Shown one piece after another: positions 25,677-35,983 of a stretch of 64,000 nucleotides of DNA. The translations under genes were made by a program, and so were the position numbers. The notes beneath the pieces were generated by a model, which worked only from the letters and a program-made list of their open reading frames with translations, did no database searches and was not told the origin of the DNA. Each line of letters opens with the position of its first letter. The stretch's first letter is position 1. The DNA is from Felis catus (taxonomy: Eukaryota): NCBI RefSeq assembly GCF_018350175.1, contig NC_058382.1:57042001-57106000 (forward strand), read 5' to 3'.

Positions 25677-26426
25677 GTGCTCCAGAGACCAGCCAGCTTA
25701 GAAGCCTTTTCTCCAAACCTACTTCCGGGGGGGCGGAGGTGGGGGGCAATTCTCCACAAGCCCACCTGTTCCAACCGAGCCCCCTGGAGCAGGCAGTGAG
25801 CCCTGGTCCTTTCCCGGCAGCACATTTTGCTCCAGCCGGTGCTTCATGGCCATCACCTCACTATGTCCCCCAACAACCCTACCAGGTGGAGACTGCTACT
25901 CCCACTTTATAGACGAGGAGCCTGACCCAGAGAGGTCCGGGAATGGGCCCCTGGTCACCAGCTAGGAAGCGCCGTGCTAGGGCCGGGTGATGGCTCCAAA
26001 GTCCACTGGCTGCTCAGAGATCTGAGGGCTGGACCGGGGTGGGGGAGGGGGCGGTGGCTGTCACCACGTTGTCGGCCAGGGCTTGCCCCTGGGTTGAGAA
26101 GGAGGGGCCTTACAGAAGGTGGACGGGAAGCTTTGGGTGTTGTCACTGCCCGCCGATGAGATGGGGCGAGTGGGGTGCAGCTCAGACGTGGAAGTGACCG
26201 GGTCGGGAGAGGGGACTGTTTGGAACGGAGCAGGTGCGGGGAGGGGAGAAGGAGCAAGGGAGCGGCATCTTGACTGGCCTCAGGGAGGATCTTGGACTTG
26301 ACCCTGAGGGCCAAAGGACAATACCCCGTAGCTGGGAAGTACCTGCATGTCACCCAAGGCTCACCGAGTGGCCCTTCCTCTCCCCCAGATCAGCTGCCGG
26401 CTCCCAGCCCCCCACCAGCCCCAGCC

Positions 26427-26493
26427 ATGAACAACAGCAGGAGGGACCACCTTGGCACCGACCGTTCGGAGCCCCTCCCGGTCCTCATCATCG
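26427..26493 (+). CDS. OSGIN1: OSGIN1 first coding exon (exon begins at 26389; MNNSRRDHLGTDRSEPLPVLII-G)
   Basis: Acceptor ccccag at 26388, gccATG, donor G|GTGAGT; matches the recalled human start MSSSRKDHLG...EPLPVIIVG. Confidence 0.93.
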
Positions 26494-26616
26494 GTGAGTG
26501 CTGCCCCGGGGCAGGGGGAGGGGACACGCTGAGCCCCTAGAGTGGAAGGTCAGGAGCCAGGCAAGCCCAGGCCTGGCCTTTCTTTACCACCGTTGCCTTT
26601 AAAATCGGCCACTGAG

Positions 26617-26683
26617 TTGTATGGAAACCGACCTGACAATAAATTTCATATTTAAAAAAAATAAAAGTTAAATGGAAAAAAAA
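26617..26683 (+). mobile_element. Extremely 5'-truncated feline L1 (3' terminus plus poly-A)
   Basis: ttgtatggaaacc...gacaataaatttcatatt plus A-tail; TSD AAAATYGGCCACTGAG at 26601-26616 and 26684-26699; TT/AAAA endonuclease site. Confidence 0.8.
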
Positions 26684-27717
26684 AAAATTGGCCACTGAGC
26701 ATTCGCGGTGCGCCTGATGAGGTGCCCAGCGGCTTATAAAATGTCGTTCCCGTTCCCTGTAATCCCTCCAGGAACGCAGGGGGCCAGAGCAGAACCATCA
26801 CTGAGGTTGCCTGGCGAGAGCGGAGGAGGGGGGTGCAGGGGGGAGGCCTGGTCCTAAGCCCACGACAGTCCCTGTGCCTGGCCCTGTGCTAGGTGCCCGC
26901 ATGAGGGGTTACGGCTAAAGCATGTGGTTCCTGCCTCAGGGCTGCCCGGTGGGAGACAGGCGGCCCCTCCCCCGTGAGAGCCGAGATCCGAAATGGCCAT
27001 TTCTGTAATTCAAAAAGAGGTGAACATCAGCGATTTCGTACGGTTTGTCCTAATTCCACACACGAGTAATCTTCTCAGCAGCACAAGATAAGGAGGAGGG
27101 GAGAGACCGATAAGAAACCATGTCACGAGGTTAAATGCCCAAGAAGTGCCACGCACAGGCGGTGTGAGTCATTCAGGCCCGGGGAGCAGAGACCCCCACC
27201 GGTGGCTCCGCACCCCTCCTCCGCGCCCCTGCTCTCACCCCTGCAGAGCACGGAACAATCTGTGCTCTAATATTTTACTCGTCTATGTGACATCCCAGAC
27301 GGTCAGCTCTGGGCTAACGGGACTAGTTCTTAGCGGTCTTAGAATCTCCGTCACGTTGCTGTGTGACCACAAGCGAGTTACTCAACCTCTCTGAGCTCCC
27401 GCTCCCTCCCGGGTTGAAAAGGGGGAAAGGGTAGCGTGCACCCACGAATGTTATCGGGAGAGAATGGGGGCCGGGGCACGCACGACAGGGCCTCGTGCGG
27501 GGCCCGGTCCGGCGGGGGGGGGGGGGGGATCGGTCAGTTTCTTATTATTTGGTTGTTAAAATCCCTTGACACATGGCAAGTGCTCGACAAATGTCAGCGA
27601 TTGTCGTGAGAGTAGTACAAGAGTGCAGCGCCCGGCGCGTAGTAGGCTCTCGACGACCGTTCGGTGCTTCAGTCACTGGCCATTGTAACGCACAGTGGCC
27701 GGCTCGGCTAACGGCGG

Positions 27718-27779
27718 AATAGATGTTCTGTTTTTACGAAGGAAAAGCAATAGACGTTCTGTTTTTACGAACGAAAAGC
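27718..27779 (+). repeat. 31-nt tandem duplication with 2 mismatches
   Basis: aatagatgttctgtttttacgaaggaaaagc / aatagacgttctgtttttacgaacgaaaagc. Confidence 0.85.
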
Positions 27780-27847
27780 CAATCGATTGAGCAAGTCAGC
27801 TCAAGACCAAAGCCCTCGGTACCTCTGACCCCACCCTGTCTCCTCAG

Positions 27848-27984
27848 GCAACGGCCCCTCAGGCATCTGCCTGTCCTACCTGCTGTCCGGCTACACCCCC
27901 TACGTGAGGCCAGATGCCGTCCACCCGCACCCGCTGCTGCAGAGGAAGCTCGCCGAGGCGCCGGGGGTCTCCCTCCTGGACCAG
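27848..27984 (+). CDS. OSGIN1: OSGIN1 coding exon 2 (GNGPSGICLSYLLSG...SLLDQ; FAD-binding GxGxxG)
   Basis: ctcag acceptor, CAG|GTGGGC donor, 137 nt, phase 1 to 0. Confidence 0.95.
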
Positions 27985-28779
27985 GTGGGCCAGAGCTCTG
28001 GGGATGGGGCAGGGGACACGCACACCCTGGGGAAGCGGGGCAAGAATAAAAATACGCGCTGGTTAGACCACAAGACCACGTGAGGAAGGCGGGCGGCCAC
28101 AGGGGCCGGCCCGGAAATCGTGCCAGGAACCAGGGCCGTCTTTCGCGATCGGCAGCTGCGACACCAGCTTCCCTTACGTCCCCTAGACCAGCGGGTGTAA
28201 CCCGGGGGACGATCCTGCTCTCCACGGCCCCCTCGGCCATCCCCGGGGACAACGTCGGTTGTCACAACTGCGGTTACCCTCCACACTCCCGCCACAGAGC
28301 GCGAGCCGGCCCCCGCACAGTTGAGAAATTCCGCCCTGGGTAGTTCATTTGACTAGCCCCTGCCCCAGGGAGCTCACCAATCCTCCATCCACGCCCCTGG
28401 CCTTCCAGAAGGCCGCTGGCTGTCCACCTCCTCCTCCCAGCATTTTCCCCTCCTCCTAGCCCCTCCCACCCTCAAGCTGGTGGATGAGGAAGCAAGCTGG
28501 CGTTTGGTCTAGATCGGCATCTTTCAAAATGCCTTCTACAGGACACCGGTTCCTCAGAGAAGACGTTCCTACTCCAGGAAGTCTGAGGGATGCTCGGGTT
28601 TGGCAAAACTGCTGGGAAATTCGGCTGCAGGACTTGTCAGAGCCTTTAACATGCTGCCGTGCCTTCTCTCTTAGTGAGAGGCAGCACTTTCTGGGTTTGG
28701 CCACCCTGATACTAGGGTGGGAACGCAAAACCGGGCAGCCTTGGTCCAGCGGCCCCTCTGACCCGTGCACCCCCTCCAG

Positions 28780-28971
28780 GACCTGGATTACCTGTCTGAA
28801 GGCCTTGAAGGCCGGTGCCAAAGCCCCGTGGCCCTGCTCTTTGACGCCCTCCTGCGCCCAGACACAGACTTCGGGGGAAACATGGAGTCCGTTCTTACCT
28901 GGAAACACCAGAAGGAGCGAGCCATCCCCCACATGGTCCTAGGCCGGAACCTGCCTGGGGGGGCCTGGCAT
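28780..28971 (+). CDS. OSGIN1: OSGIN1 coding exon 3 (DLDYLSEGLEGR...GGAWH)
   Basis: ctccag acceptor, CAT|GTGAGT donor, 192 nt. Confidence 0.95.
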
Positions 28972-29237
28972 GTGAGTGGGGGCCGGGAGAGGCGGGCGGG
29001 AGGGATCTGGGCTCAGTCTACCCGGAGTGTCGGAGAGATTTCCTCCCAAAGATTAGGACTCTTCCGTTTCCTGCCTTTTCCCTTTTCCCTCCCCCTCCTG
29101 CTCTACCCACCGCCCCTCTGCCTCCCTCCCCACCTGCCCTTTCTGCCCCCTCCCCAGCTGAGGCCTCCCACCCCCTGCCGACCTGCTGGGCTAGGGGCTA
29201 GGAGAGGCCTGGACCAAAGGACTCCTTTTGCCCACAG

Positions 29238-29329
29238 TCCTTTGAAGGCTCCATGGTGACCCTTAGCCAAGGCCAGTGGATGGGGCTCCCAGACCTGCAG
29301 GTCAAGGAGTGGATACGCAGGAAGCGGAG
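29238..29329 (+). CDS. OSGIN1: OSGIN1 coding exon 4 (SFEGSMVTLSQGQWMGLPDL...RKR)
   Basis: cccacag acceptor, AG|GTGAGG donor, 92 nt, phase 0 to 2. Confidence 0.95.
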
Positions 29330-30038
29330 GTGAGGCAGTTCTGGAAAGCCCCGGAGGGTGAGGAGGGTGGGGTGACCCGGGCCTGCCCCCATGCGGAGCC
29401 CAGGAGCCGGAGGGAAAGGGGCTCAGGGCCACCAACACTGCCCTTCCTCCTGCCCGGGGCGGGACACTGAGGCCCCCGTGGGGAGAGGGCCGCCCGGGGC
29501 TGGGCTCACCCCAGGACTCCCCGCCAGTGCTCCCGCCTGGCCCACAAGCCCCTGACGGGGGGCCTGAGCAGCATCCCAGCCCCTGTGGGAGGGGGACAGC
29601 TGGCCCTGCCCTGGGGCTCCAACCAGGCTCCCCCCACCCCCACGCCCCTGCCTGTCGCTAGCCCATGGTGGGGGGGGGGGGTAGGTCTCTCCATCTTGTT
29701 TCCTGCTCCGTCGTGACCTCCCTGCACGCTTCTGACCATCCTGGGGGAACAGCTCATTCCCTGAACAAACGAGTCCCAGCCCCTGCCCTGCCTGGGGAGC
29801 GAGGCAGAAAGTTGCCCAGGGCCTCAGGGTCGGAGGGGGTCGCCGCGCGGGTGGTGACGCCCTGTCCCCTCCGCCCCTCACAGGCCTCTTGTCTCCCACC
29901 CAGCCCCCCCGTTTCACAAAGCCTTTGTGTCCCTGCAGATTTGGTCGGAAGACACCCAGGCTAGCGTCGTGACGTGTTAACAGACAGATGGGAACTTAGG
30001 TTGTAATTGTAGGCGTGCCCTTTTATAGCCTACTTTCC

Positions 30039-30261
30039 TTTTTTTTTTTTTTTTTAATGTTTTCTTATTTATTTTGAGAGAGAGTGTGAGAACGAGTGGC
30101 GGAAGGGAAGAGAGAGAGGGAAAGAGAGAGAGACTCCCAAGCAGGAACGGCACGGTCAGCACAGAGCCTGGCTCGAGGCTCGCGCTCACAAACCGTGAGA
30201 TCGTGACCTGAGCTGGGATCGAGAGTCGGACGCTTAACCAGCTGAGCCTCCCAGGCGCCCC
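30039..30261 (-). mobile_element. CAN-SINE in the last OSGIN1 intron
   Basis: poly-T, (GA)n, ending ccaggcgcccc; imperfect TSD ccttttata..ctacttt. Confidence 0.9.
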
Positions 30262-31141
30262 TCCTTTTATATTCTACTTTTAAATTCAACACTCTGGCCT
30301 CAGGATTTCACCCCATGAGGACAGTGTTCATAACCAGCCTTTTACATGGCCGCGTAATATTCCCGATTCAGCACTTCTCCGCCTACTCCTGTGACTATTC
30401 CTACTCACAGGGGGGGCCCTGAGCTGAGGCGGGGGGGGGGGCAGGGAGGCCCACACCCACAGCAGGTGCCCTCCCTCCCCCTGGGCTGCTGCCGCCACGG
30501 TTCCTAAGCCCTGCCCGGTCCCGGGCCTCTCCTTCTGTCCCACGTGCCCTTCTTAGAAGGAACCCTGGAGGTAACACCTTAGGCCCATTCTTTGAAACCA
30601 TTTTGACTCCGAGAAGGGCAAGTGACAAGTTCACAGAAACAGACCCCAGGGCTCCAGTTTCAGAAGCAGGCTAGCGAGCTGGGCCGCGCGGCACAGCCTC
30701 AGGGGACACAGTGTGAGCTCGCGCCACACTCGGTCCCGTTGGGGGAGTCACAGAGGATTCTCCTGAAGTGAGCTCCTCCTTCACGACACGCCCACACTGG
30801 GGGAAGCTGACTCCCCTGAGGTCGCACGGGTCGCTGGAGGGAGGAGCTGAGATCATGGCAAGCCTGTACCTCGGCCACCCTGGATCCCGGCCCTGCGGTC
30901 ATTGCCCTGGGAGGGGCGGTGATAACAGCGACCCGACAAGAGAAACAATGCTGCAATAAAACAGTCTCTCCTGTGGCTGCGTGTGCCCCCGAAGGCCTCC
31001 TCATCCTGGTCCCCAGTATGGTGACAGTCCCCATCACAGACCCCTTCCTCCTGCCTGGGGGGGACCTCTCCTTCCCCTCCTGCCCCGTGGATCAGTTTTC
31101 CCTGTTTCTGAACTTTATAGACATGGAATCCTCCCGTATTT

Positions 31142-31171
31142 TTTTTTAAACATTTTAAATCTTTATTTATT

Positions 31172-31214
<43 letters not shown>

Positions 31215-31387
31215 CAGAACATGAGTGGGGGAGGGGCAGAGAGACACCGAGACCCAGACTCCAAAGCAGGCTCCAGGCTCTGAGCTGTCAGCACCGAGCC
31301 CGACGTGGGGCTCGAACCCACAAACCGCGAGATCGTGACCCCATCTGAAGTCGGACGTTCAACCGACTGAGCCCCCCCAGGCGCCCC
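31142..31387 (-). mobile_element. CAN-SINE in the last OSGIN1 intron
   Basis: poly-T, (GA)n, ggctccaggctctgagctgtcagc, ending aggcgcccc; imperfect TSD ggaatcc...tattt. Confidence 0.92.
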
Positions 31388-31776
31388 GGAATCCCACCAT
31401 ATTTACGTGGGTCGTTATTTAGTCCTTGGGAGTAATAACAGTGGCTGAGGCTTAACCTGTCACTTACTACCTGTCAGGTTGTTTCCTAAAGCTTCTGGTC
31501 ACATGACCCTCTAACCCTCTCTGCAACCACATGAAATAGAACCATCACCACCGTCCTCCCCGCTGTGTAGCTGAGGCACGGAGGACTTCAGGCACAGAGC
31601 TCACTGGCAGCAGAGCTGGGATTTGAACCCAGGCCACCTGACTCTGGTGGCCACACTCTCACCCCGGCCCTCACCACGGCCCACCGCCGGCCTGGTCACC
31701 CCTCGATGGCCCCTTTGTGGCCCCCACACCCCAGTCTGCCCTCTGACACCCCCGCTTCCCCAATCCTTCCCTTCAG

Positions 31777-32725
31777 AGGCCTTCGCAACAGCCGCGCCAC
31801 GGCTGGGGACATCGCTCACTACTACAGGGACTATGTGACCAAGAAGGACCTGAGTCGCAACTTTGTGTCCGGCGCCGTGGTCACGGCCGTGGAGTGGGGG
31901 ACGCCTGAGTCCGGCGGCTCCGGGGGCCGGGAGCCCAGCCCCCTCTTCCAGGTGAGCGGCTTCGTGACCACCGAGGACCAGAGCCGACGGCCCTTCTCCC
32001 TGTGCGCCCGCAACGTGGTCCTGGCCACGGGCACGTCGGACAGCCCGGCGCGGCTGGGCATCCCCGGGGAGGCCCTGCCCTTCGTCCACTATGAGCTGGC
32101 GGCCCTGGAGGCGGCCGTGAGGGCGGGCGCGGTAACCCCAGCCTCCGACCCCGTCCTCATCGTGGGCGCGGGGCTGTCGGCGGCCGACGCGGTCCTCTAC
32201 GCGCGTCACTGCAACATCCCCGTGATCCACACCTTCCGCCGGCCCGTGGACGACCCCGGCCTGGTCTTCAACCAGCTGCCCAAGATGCTGTACCCCGAGT
32301 ACCACAAGGTGCACCAGATGATGCGGGAGCAGTCCATCCTGTCGCCCAGCCCCTACGAGGGCTACCTCAGCCTCCCCGAACACTGGCTGCTGCTCTTTAA
32401 GGCCGACCGCCAGGCCGTGTTCCGGGACCGCAACGGCCTCCAGAAAGTCTTCGGGGTCGCCCTGGTGCTGGTCCTCATCGGCTCCCACCCCGACCTCTCC
32501 TTCCTCCCCGGGGCGGGCGCTGACTTGGCCATGGACCCCGACCAGCCGCTGAGCGCCAAGAGGAACCCCATCGACGTGGACCCCTTCACCTACCAGAGCA
32601 CCCGCCAGGAGGGCCTGTACGCCGTGGGGCCGCTGGCTGGGGACAATTTCGTGCGGTTCGTGCAGGGCGGGGCCCTGGCAGCGGCCAGCTCCCTGCTGAG
32701 GAAGGAGGCCAGGAAGCCACCCTAA
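31777..32725 (+). CDS. OSGIN1: OSGIN1 last coding exon (GLRNSRATAGDIAHYY...LRKEARKPP*); spliced protein 478 aa, flavin/NAD(P)H-dependent oxidoreductase fold
   Basis: cttcag acceptor; VLATG, IVGAGLSA and GPLAGD motifs; TAA at 32723-32725; spliced CDS 1437 nt in frame. Confidence 0.97.
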
Positions 32726-33043
32726 CACCCGGCCTGGCATCCTCGTCCCCAGGCCCTAAAGAGGAAGGGAGGTTACACAGCCCAGCTAGACGCCCCAGTG
32801 AGCGGAGGGGGCCTCCCCTGGCGGGAGAAAGAGGGGCCGCGAGCCCATGCAGCAGGCCTCCCCGATGAAGATGAGTGGGGGGCCCAGGCAGTCTGCGCGC
32901 AGACCAGTGCCCGGGCCGGGAACAGAAGCCGCGGGCCGGCGTAGGCTGTGATCTGGGGTGAAAGCCCAGCTGGGGTCACCAGGGCCGGCTGAGCACAGAG
33001 CCAAGAGGACTGCAGGCCTTGCTCCTTCCAGAATCAGGTCCCA

Positions 33044-33049
33044 ATTAAA
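33044..33049 (+). terminator. OSGIN1: Probable OSGIN1 poly(A) signal (ATTAAA variant)
   Basis: ccaATTAAAc ~320 nt after the stop, followed by GT-rich gtgtgtctg...ttgtttcgtg. Confidence 0.65.
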
Positions 33050-33744
33050 CCCAGTGCCTGCCTCCACCCGTGTGTCTGAGGATTGTTTCGTGGGGAGGGG
33101 GCTGGGTGTCTGGGGGGGGGGGCACAGGGCCATGTGGGAGATCCTTGGGCGGGGGAGTTGTGTGACAAGGGATGGTCCCGCACATGGGGGTACCGCTGTG
33201 GGCGGGAAGCGGGGGGAGGCTGTGTGCGGGGAAATGGTATGCGGGGGAGGCCCCTGCCCACCCCTCCAGTCTAGTCCCGGCCCTTCTCCCACGCTCCCTC
33301 CCGGCCACACGCTTTTCAGTCCCTCATGCTCCCATGCTCGCACCTGCCACAGGGCCTTTGCAGGGGCCGGTCTCTCGCCCAGGACACTTTCCCTCCTCTC
33401 TGACTCCTCTTCCTTCCACTCTCTCAGCCTAAGCACATCACTTCCTCCAGGAAGCTTCCACTGCCAAGAGCCCCTCCGTAGCCACCAGGACAGTCCCCCG
33501 TTCACAGCCCAAGGTTCTACCTCTTCATGGCAGTTCAGCTTTCGGGGTTGGCTTATCTGTGGAATCGCTCCCGTATCTGACTCTGCCCACCAGGGTGTAG
33601 GTTGCAGGAGGCCAAGGACACCACCCCCCCCCCCCAGCCCGGTCTGTTCTGCTCACTAGTGGAACCCAGTGCCTCCAACGGGCCTAGGACCTAGTGGATG
33701 CTCCTTAACTCATCCTTCGGGCCCGTTGAGGATGAAGGGATGGC

Positions 33745-33870
33745 TGGATAGATGGATGGATGGATGAATGGATGGATGATGGATGGATGGATGGATGGCC
33801 AGCCAGATGGATGGATGAACAGATGGATGGATGGATGGATGGATGGATGGATGGATGGATGGATGGATAG
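33745..33870 (+). repeat. (GATG)n tetranucleotide microsatellite
   Basis: Imperfect ggat/gatg array, read directly. Confidence 0.92.
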
Positions 33871-34012
33871 GGGTGTGAGAGGAAGAGACTGTTCTGGTGC
33901 AAAGACTGGTCTGGGCGCTGTGCGACGAGGTGGGGGACGGTTGAGGAGGCATGCAGGCCCTCGCGGGAGTGCTGGGGGAGGCCCAGCGCCTGGGCACTGA
34001 TCTCGGGAGCTT

Positions 34013-34031
34013 CAGCCAGCAGAGGGCGCTC
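34013..34031 (+). promoter_or_regulatory. CTCF motif between OSGIN1 and NECAB2
   Basis: CAGCCAGCAGAGGGCGCTC matches the CCASYAGRKGGCRS core. Confidence 0.6.
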
Positions 34032-34548
34032 CGGACTCGCCGGACACCCGCGCTTCGGCCCTTGCGGAGGCGCCGCGGGTAGGGTGGGGGGAACCTGCGG
34101 GAGGGGGGGCAGCGGGAGACTTTCGGGGCACAGCCCCCAGGGAAGCCCCCTGCCGCGCAGCTAGACGCCCCCCCTCCCCCAACCCGGCGCCGACCGGGCG
34201 GCCCCTTCCGTGGCCGGGGCTGGGGTCCGGCGCCCAGCACCGCGCCCCCGCGGGTGGCCCTCTGCCGCCGCGCCCGGCTCCCGGGGTGGGGGTGGGGGGC
34301 AGAGGGGGTGGGGCGGTGGACACGAGGCACGTGGCTCGGGGTCCGGGCGGAGCGCCCCCCCACCCCCCCCGCCCAGTCCCCCGGTGTCGGCCCGTCCCCG
34401 CGGTGGCCGCGGCCGCGGGGCCGCGGGAGGGAGGGCGGGGCGGCGCGGGCGGCGCGGGCGGCGGCGGCGGGGAGGGGTCGCGCGGGGGCGGGCCGCGGGC
34501 CGGGCGGGGGTCGGCGGGCTTCCGGGCGGCGGCGGCGGGCGCGGCGCG

Positions 34549-34773
34549 ATGTGCGAGCGGGCGGCGCGCCTGTGCAGGGCCGGCGCGCACAGGCTGCTCC
34601 GGGAGCCGCCGCCGCAGGGCCGGGCGCTGGGCGGGCTGCTGCGCTGGGTGGGCGCCAGGATGGGCGAGCCCCGGGCGCCGCTGGCCCCCGACGCCCCCGA
34701 CGCCCCCGCCGCGGACCCCGGCCCCGGCCCGGGGCCCGGCTCGCCGCGCGGGGGCACCGCCGTCATCCTGGAC
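34549..34773 (+). CDS. NECAB2: NECAB2 exon 1 ([20 protein letters not shown]...GTAVILD)
   Basis: Recognisable NECAB2 N-terminus; GAC|GTGAGT donor; 225 nt. Confidence 0.95.
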
Positions 34774-35940
34774 GTGAGTACGCGCCGGCCGGGACCCCGA
34801 GCCCCCTCCTCCCACCAGGGGCGCTCCCGACGCCGCCTTCCCCCGTCCCCGCCGGGACCCGCGAGGCCCCCTCTTCCCCCGGCGGGGGACCCCCCTCCCC
34901 GGGGCGCTTTCCCCTCGGCGGCCGGGAGCAGGACCCGCACCCGGCCCCTCTGCGTCCCAGAGCGCGACCCCAGCCCCTGCCAGTCCCGGCGGGTCTCCAT
35001 CCCGGTCTAGTCTTGTCGCTGGACCAGGACGATCCCCTTCCACCCGCTCCCTCCCTCCTCTTCGGGGGATCCCCACCTTCTCCGAGCCCCGGAGCCCTTT
35101 GCCGGCCACCGCCCCCCTACTTTTATGCTGGCCGAGCCCTTACCCTTTCCCCAGCCCTGCACCTCCGCCTTTACCCCCATCCGCTGTCGGATGCCAGCAC
35201 CTGCCGCCTCGGGGGCCCCCTCCTCCTTTCCATCCTGGATCATCGCCTGAATCGCTACTTTTCTGAGACCACCACCCCCCCCCCCACTCTTCCAACCCCT
35301 AACTCTGGTTTCCCGGTTTCCCTTTTCTCGTTCTGGCGGTAGACCCTGAGACCTTGTCTTCTCATCCCCAAAGCCCCTTTCCACCCCAGCCACCACCTCT
35401 TTGAAAGTGAAGCCCCCTCCCCACCCCTGTCTTCCCCTCTGCTTTCAGTACAGCTAGGACTACCCCCATCTGCTCTGAGCCTGGACACCTCTGGGATCCC
35501 GGCCCCCACGCCCCCCCCTCCACTCGGAGCCCCCTCCATCCTCCATACCCTCTACTCAAGCCCCCCTTCCCCCTGGGACCCAAGCCACCCACCTCTGGGA
35601 AGCCCACCTCCTCCTGCCACCCACTCCCGAGGAGTGGGAGGGAGGTTTCACTGCTGGTGGGGGGAGGCTCCCCGGGGGAGGCGGAGGGGGGCTCTGTCCT
35701 GGGCACCACCCCCACCCGGTAACAGCGGAGCCTAGGATGTGCGTGTCCCGAGGAGGGTCCTGTGCGGGCTGGGTTTCTGGGAGAGTTGTGTCTGTGTGCT
35801 TGATGGTTGGCTGGGAGCGTAGATTTCCTCTCCCCTCCCGAACCTCCTGTCTCCTGGAACCCACAGTTGGCTCCAGGCAGAGAGGGCTGGGCGGGGAAGG
35901 GCGAGCTGTGCCGTGGGTGCTTGTGGCTGCCTCGCCCCCA

Positions 35941-35941
<1 letters not shown>

Positions 35942-35980
<39 letters not shown>
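35942..35980 (+). repeat. (CA)n microsatellite in NECAB2 intron 1
   Basis: About 19 pure CA units. Confidence 0.95.

Positions 35981-35983
<3 letters not shown>

Larger units (their letters stand above)
33950..35050 (+). promoter_or_regulatory. NECAB2: NECAB2 CpG-island promoter
   Basis: Extreme GC/CpG density and multiple GGGCGG boxes surrounding exon 1. Confidence 0.88.

Noticed and set aside
31601..32740. 379-aa antisense ORF over the last OSGIN1 exon
   Set aside because: Mirror of a GC3-rich coding exon; no independent protein features
33705..34000. HPSI/MDGW repeat ORFs
   Set aside because: Translation of the (GATG)n microsatellite
34012..35342. Several 260-365 aa ORFs on both strands at the NECAB2 5' end
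   Set aside because: CpG-island stop-codon depletion; only 34549-34773 matches NECAB2
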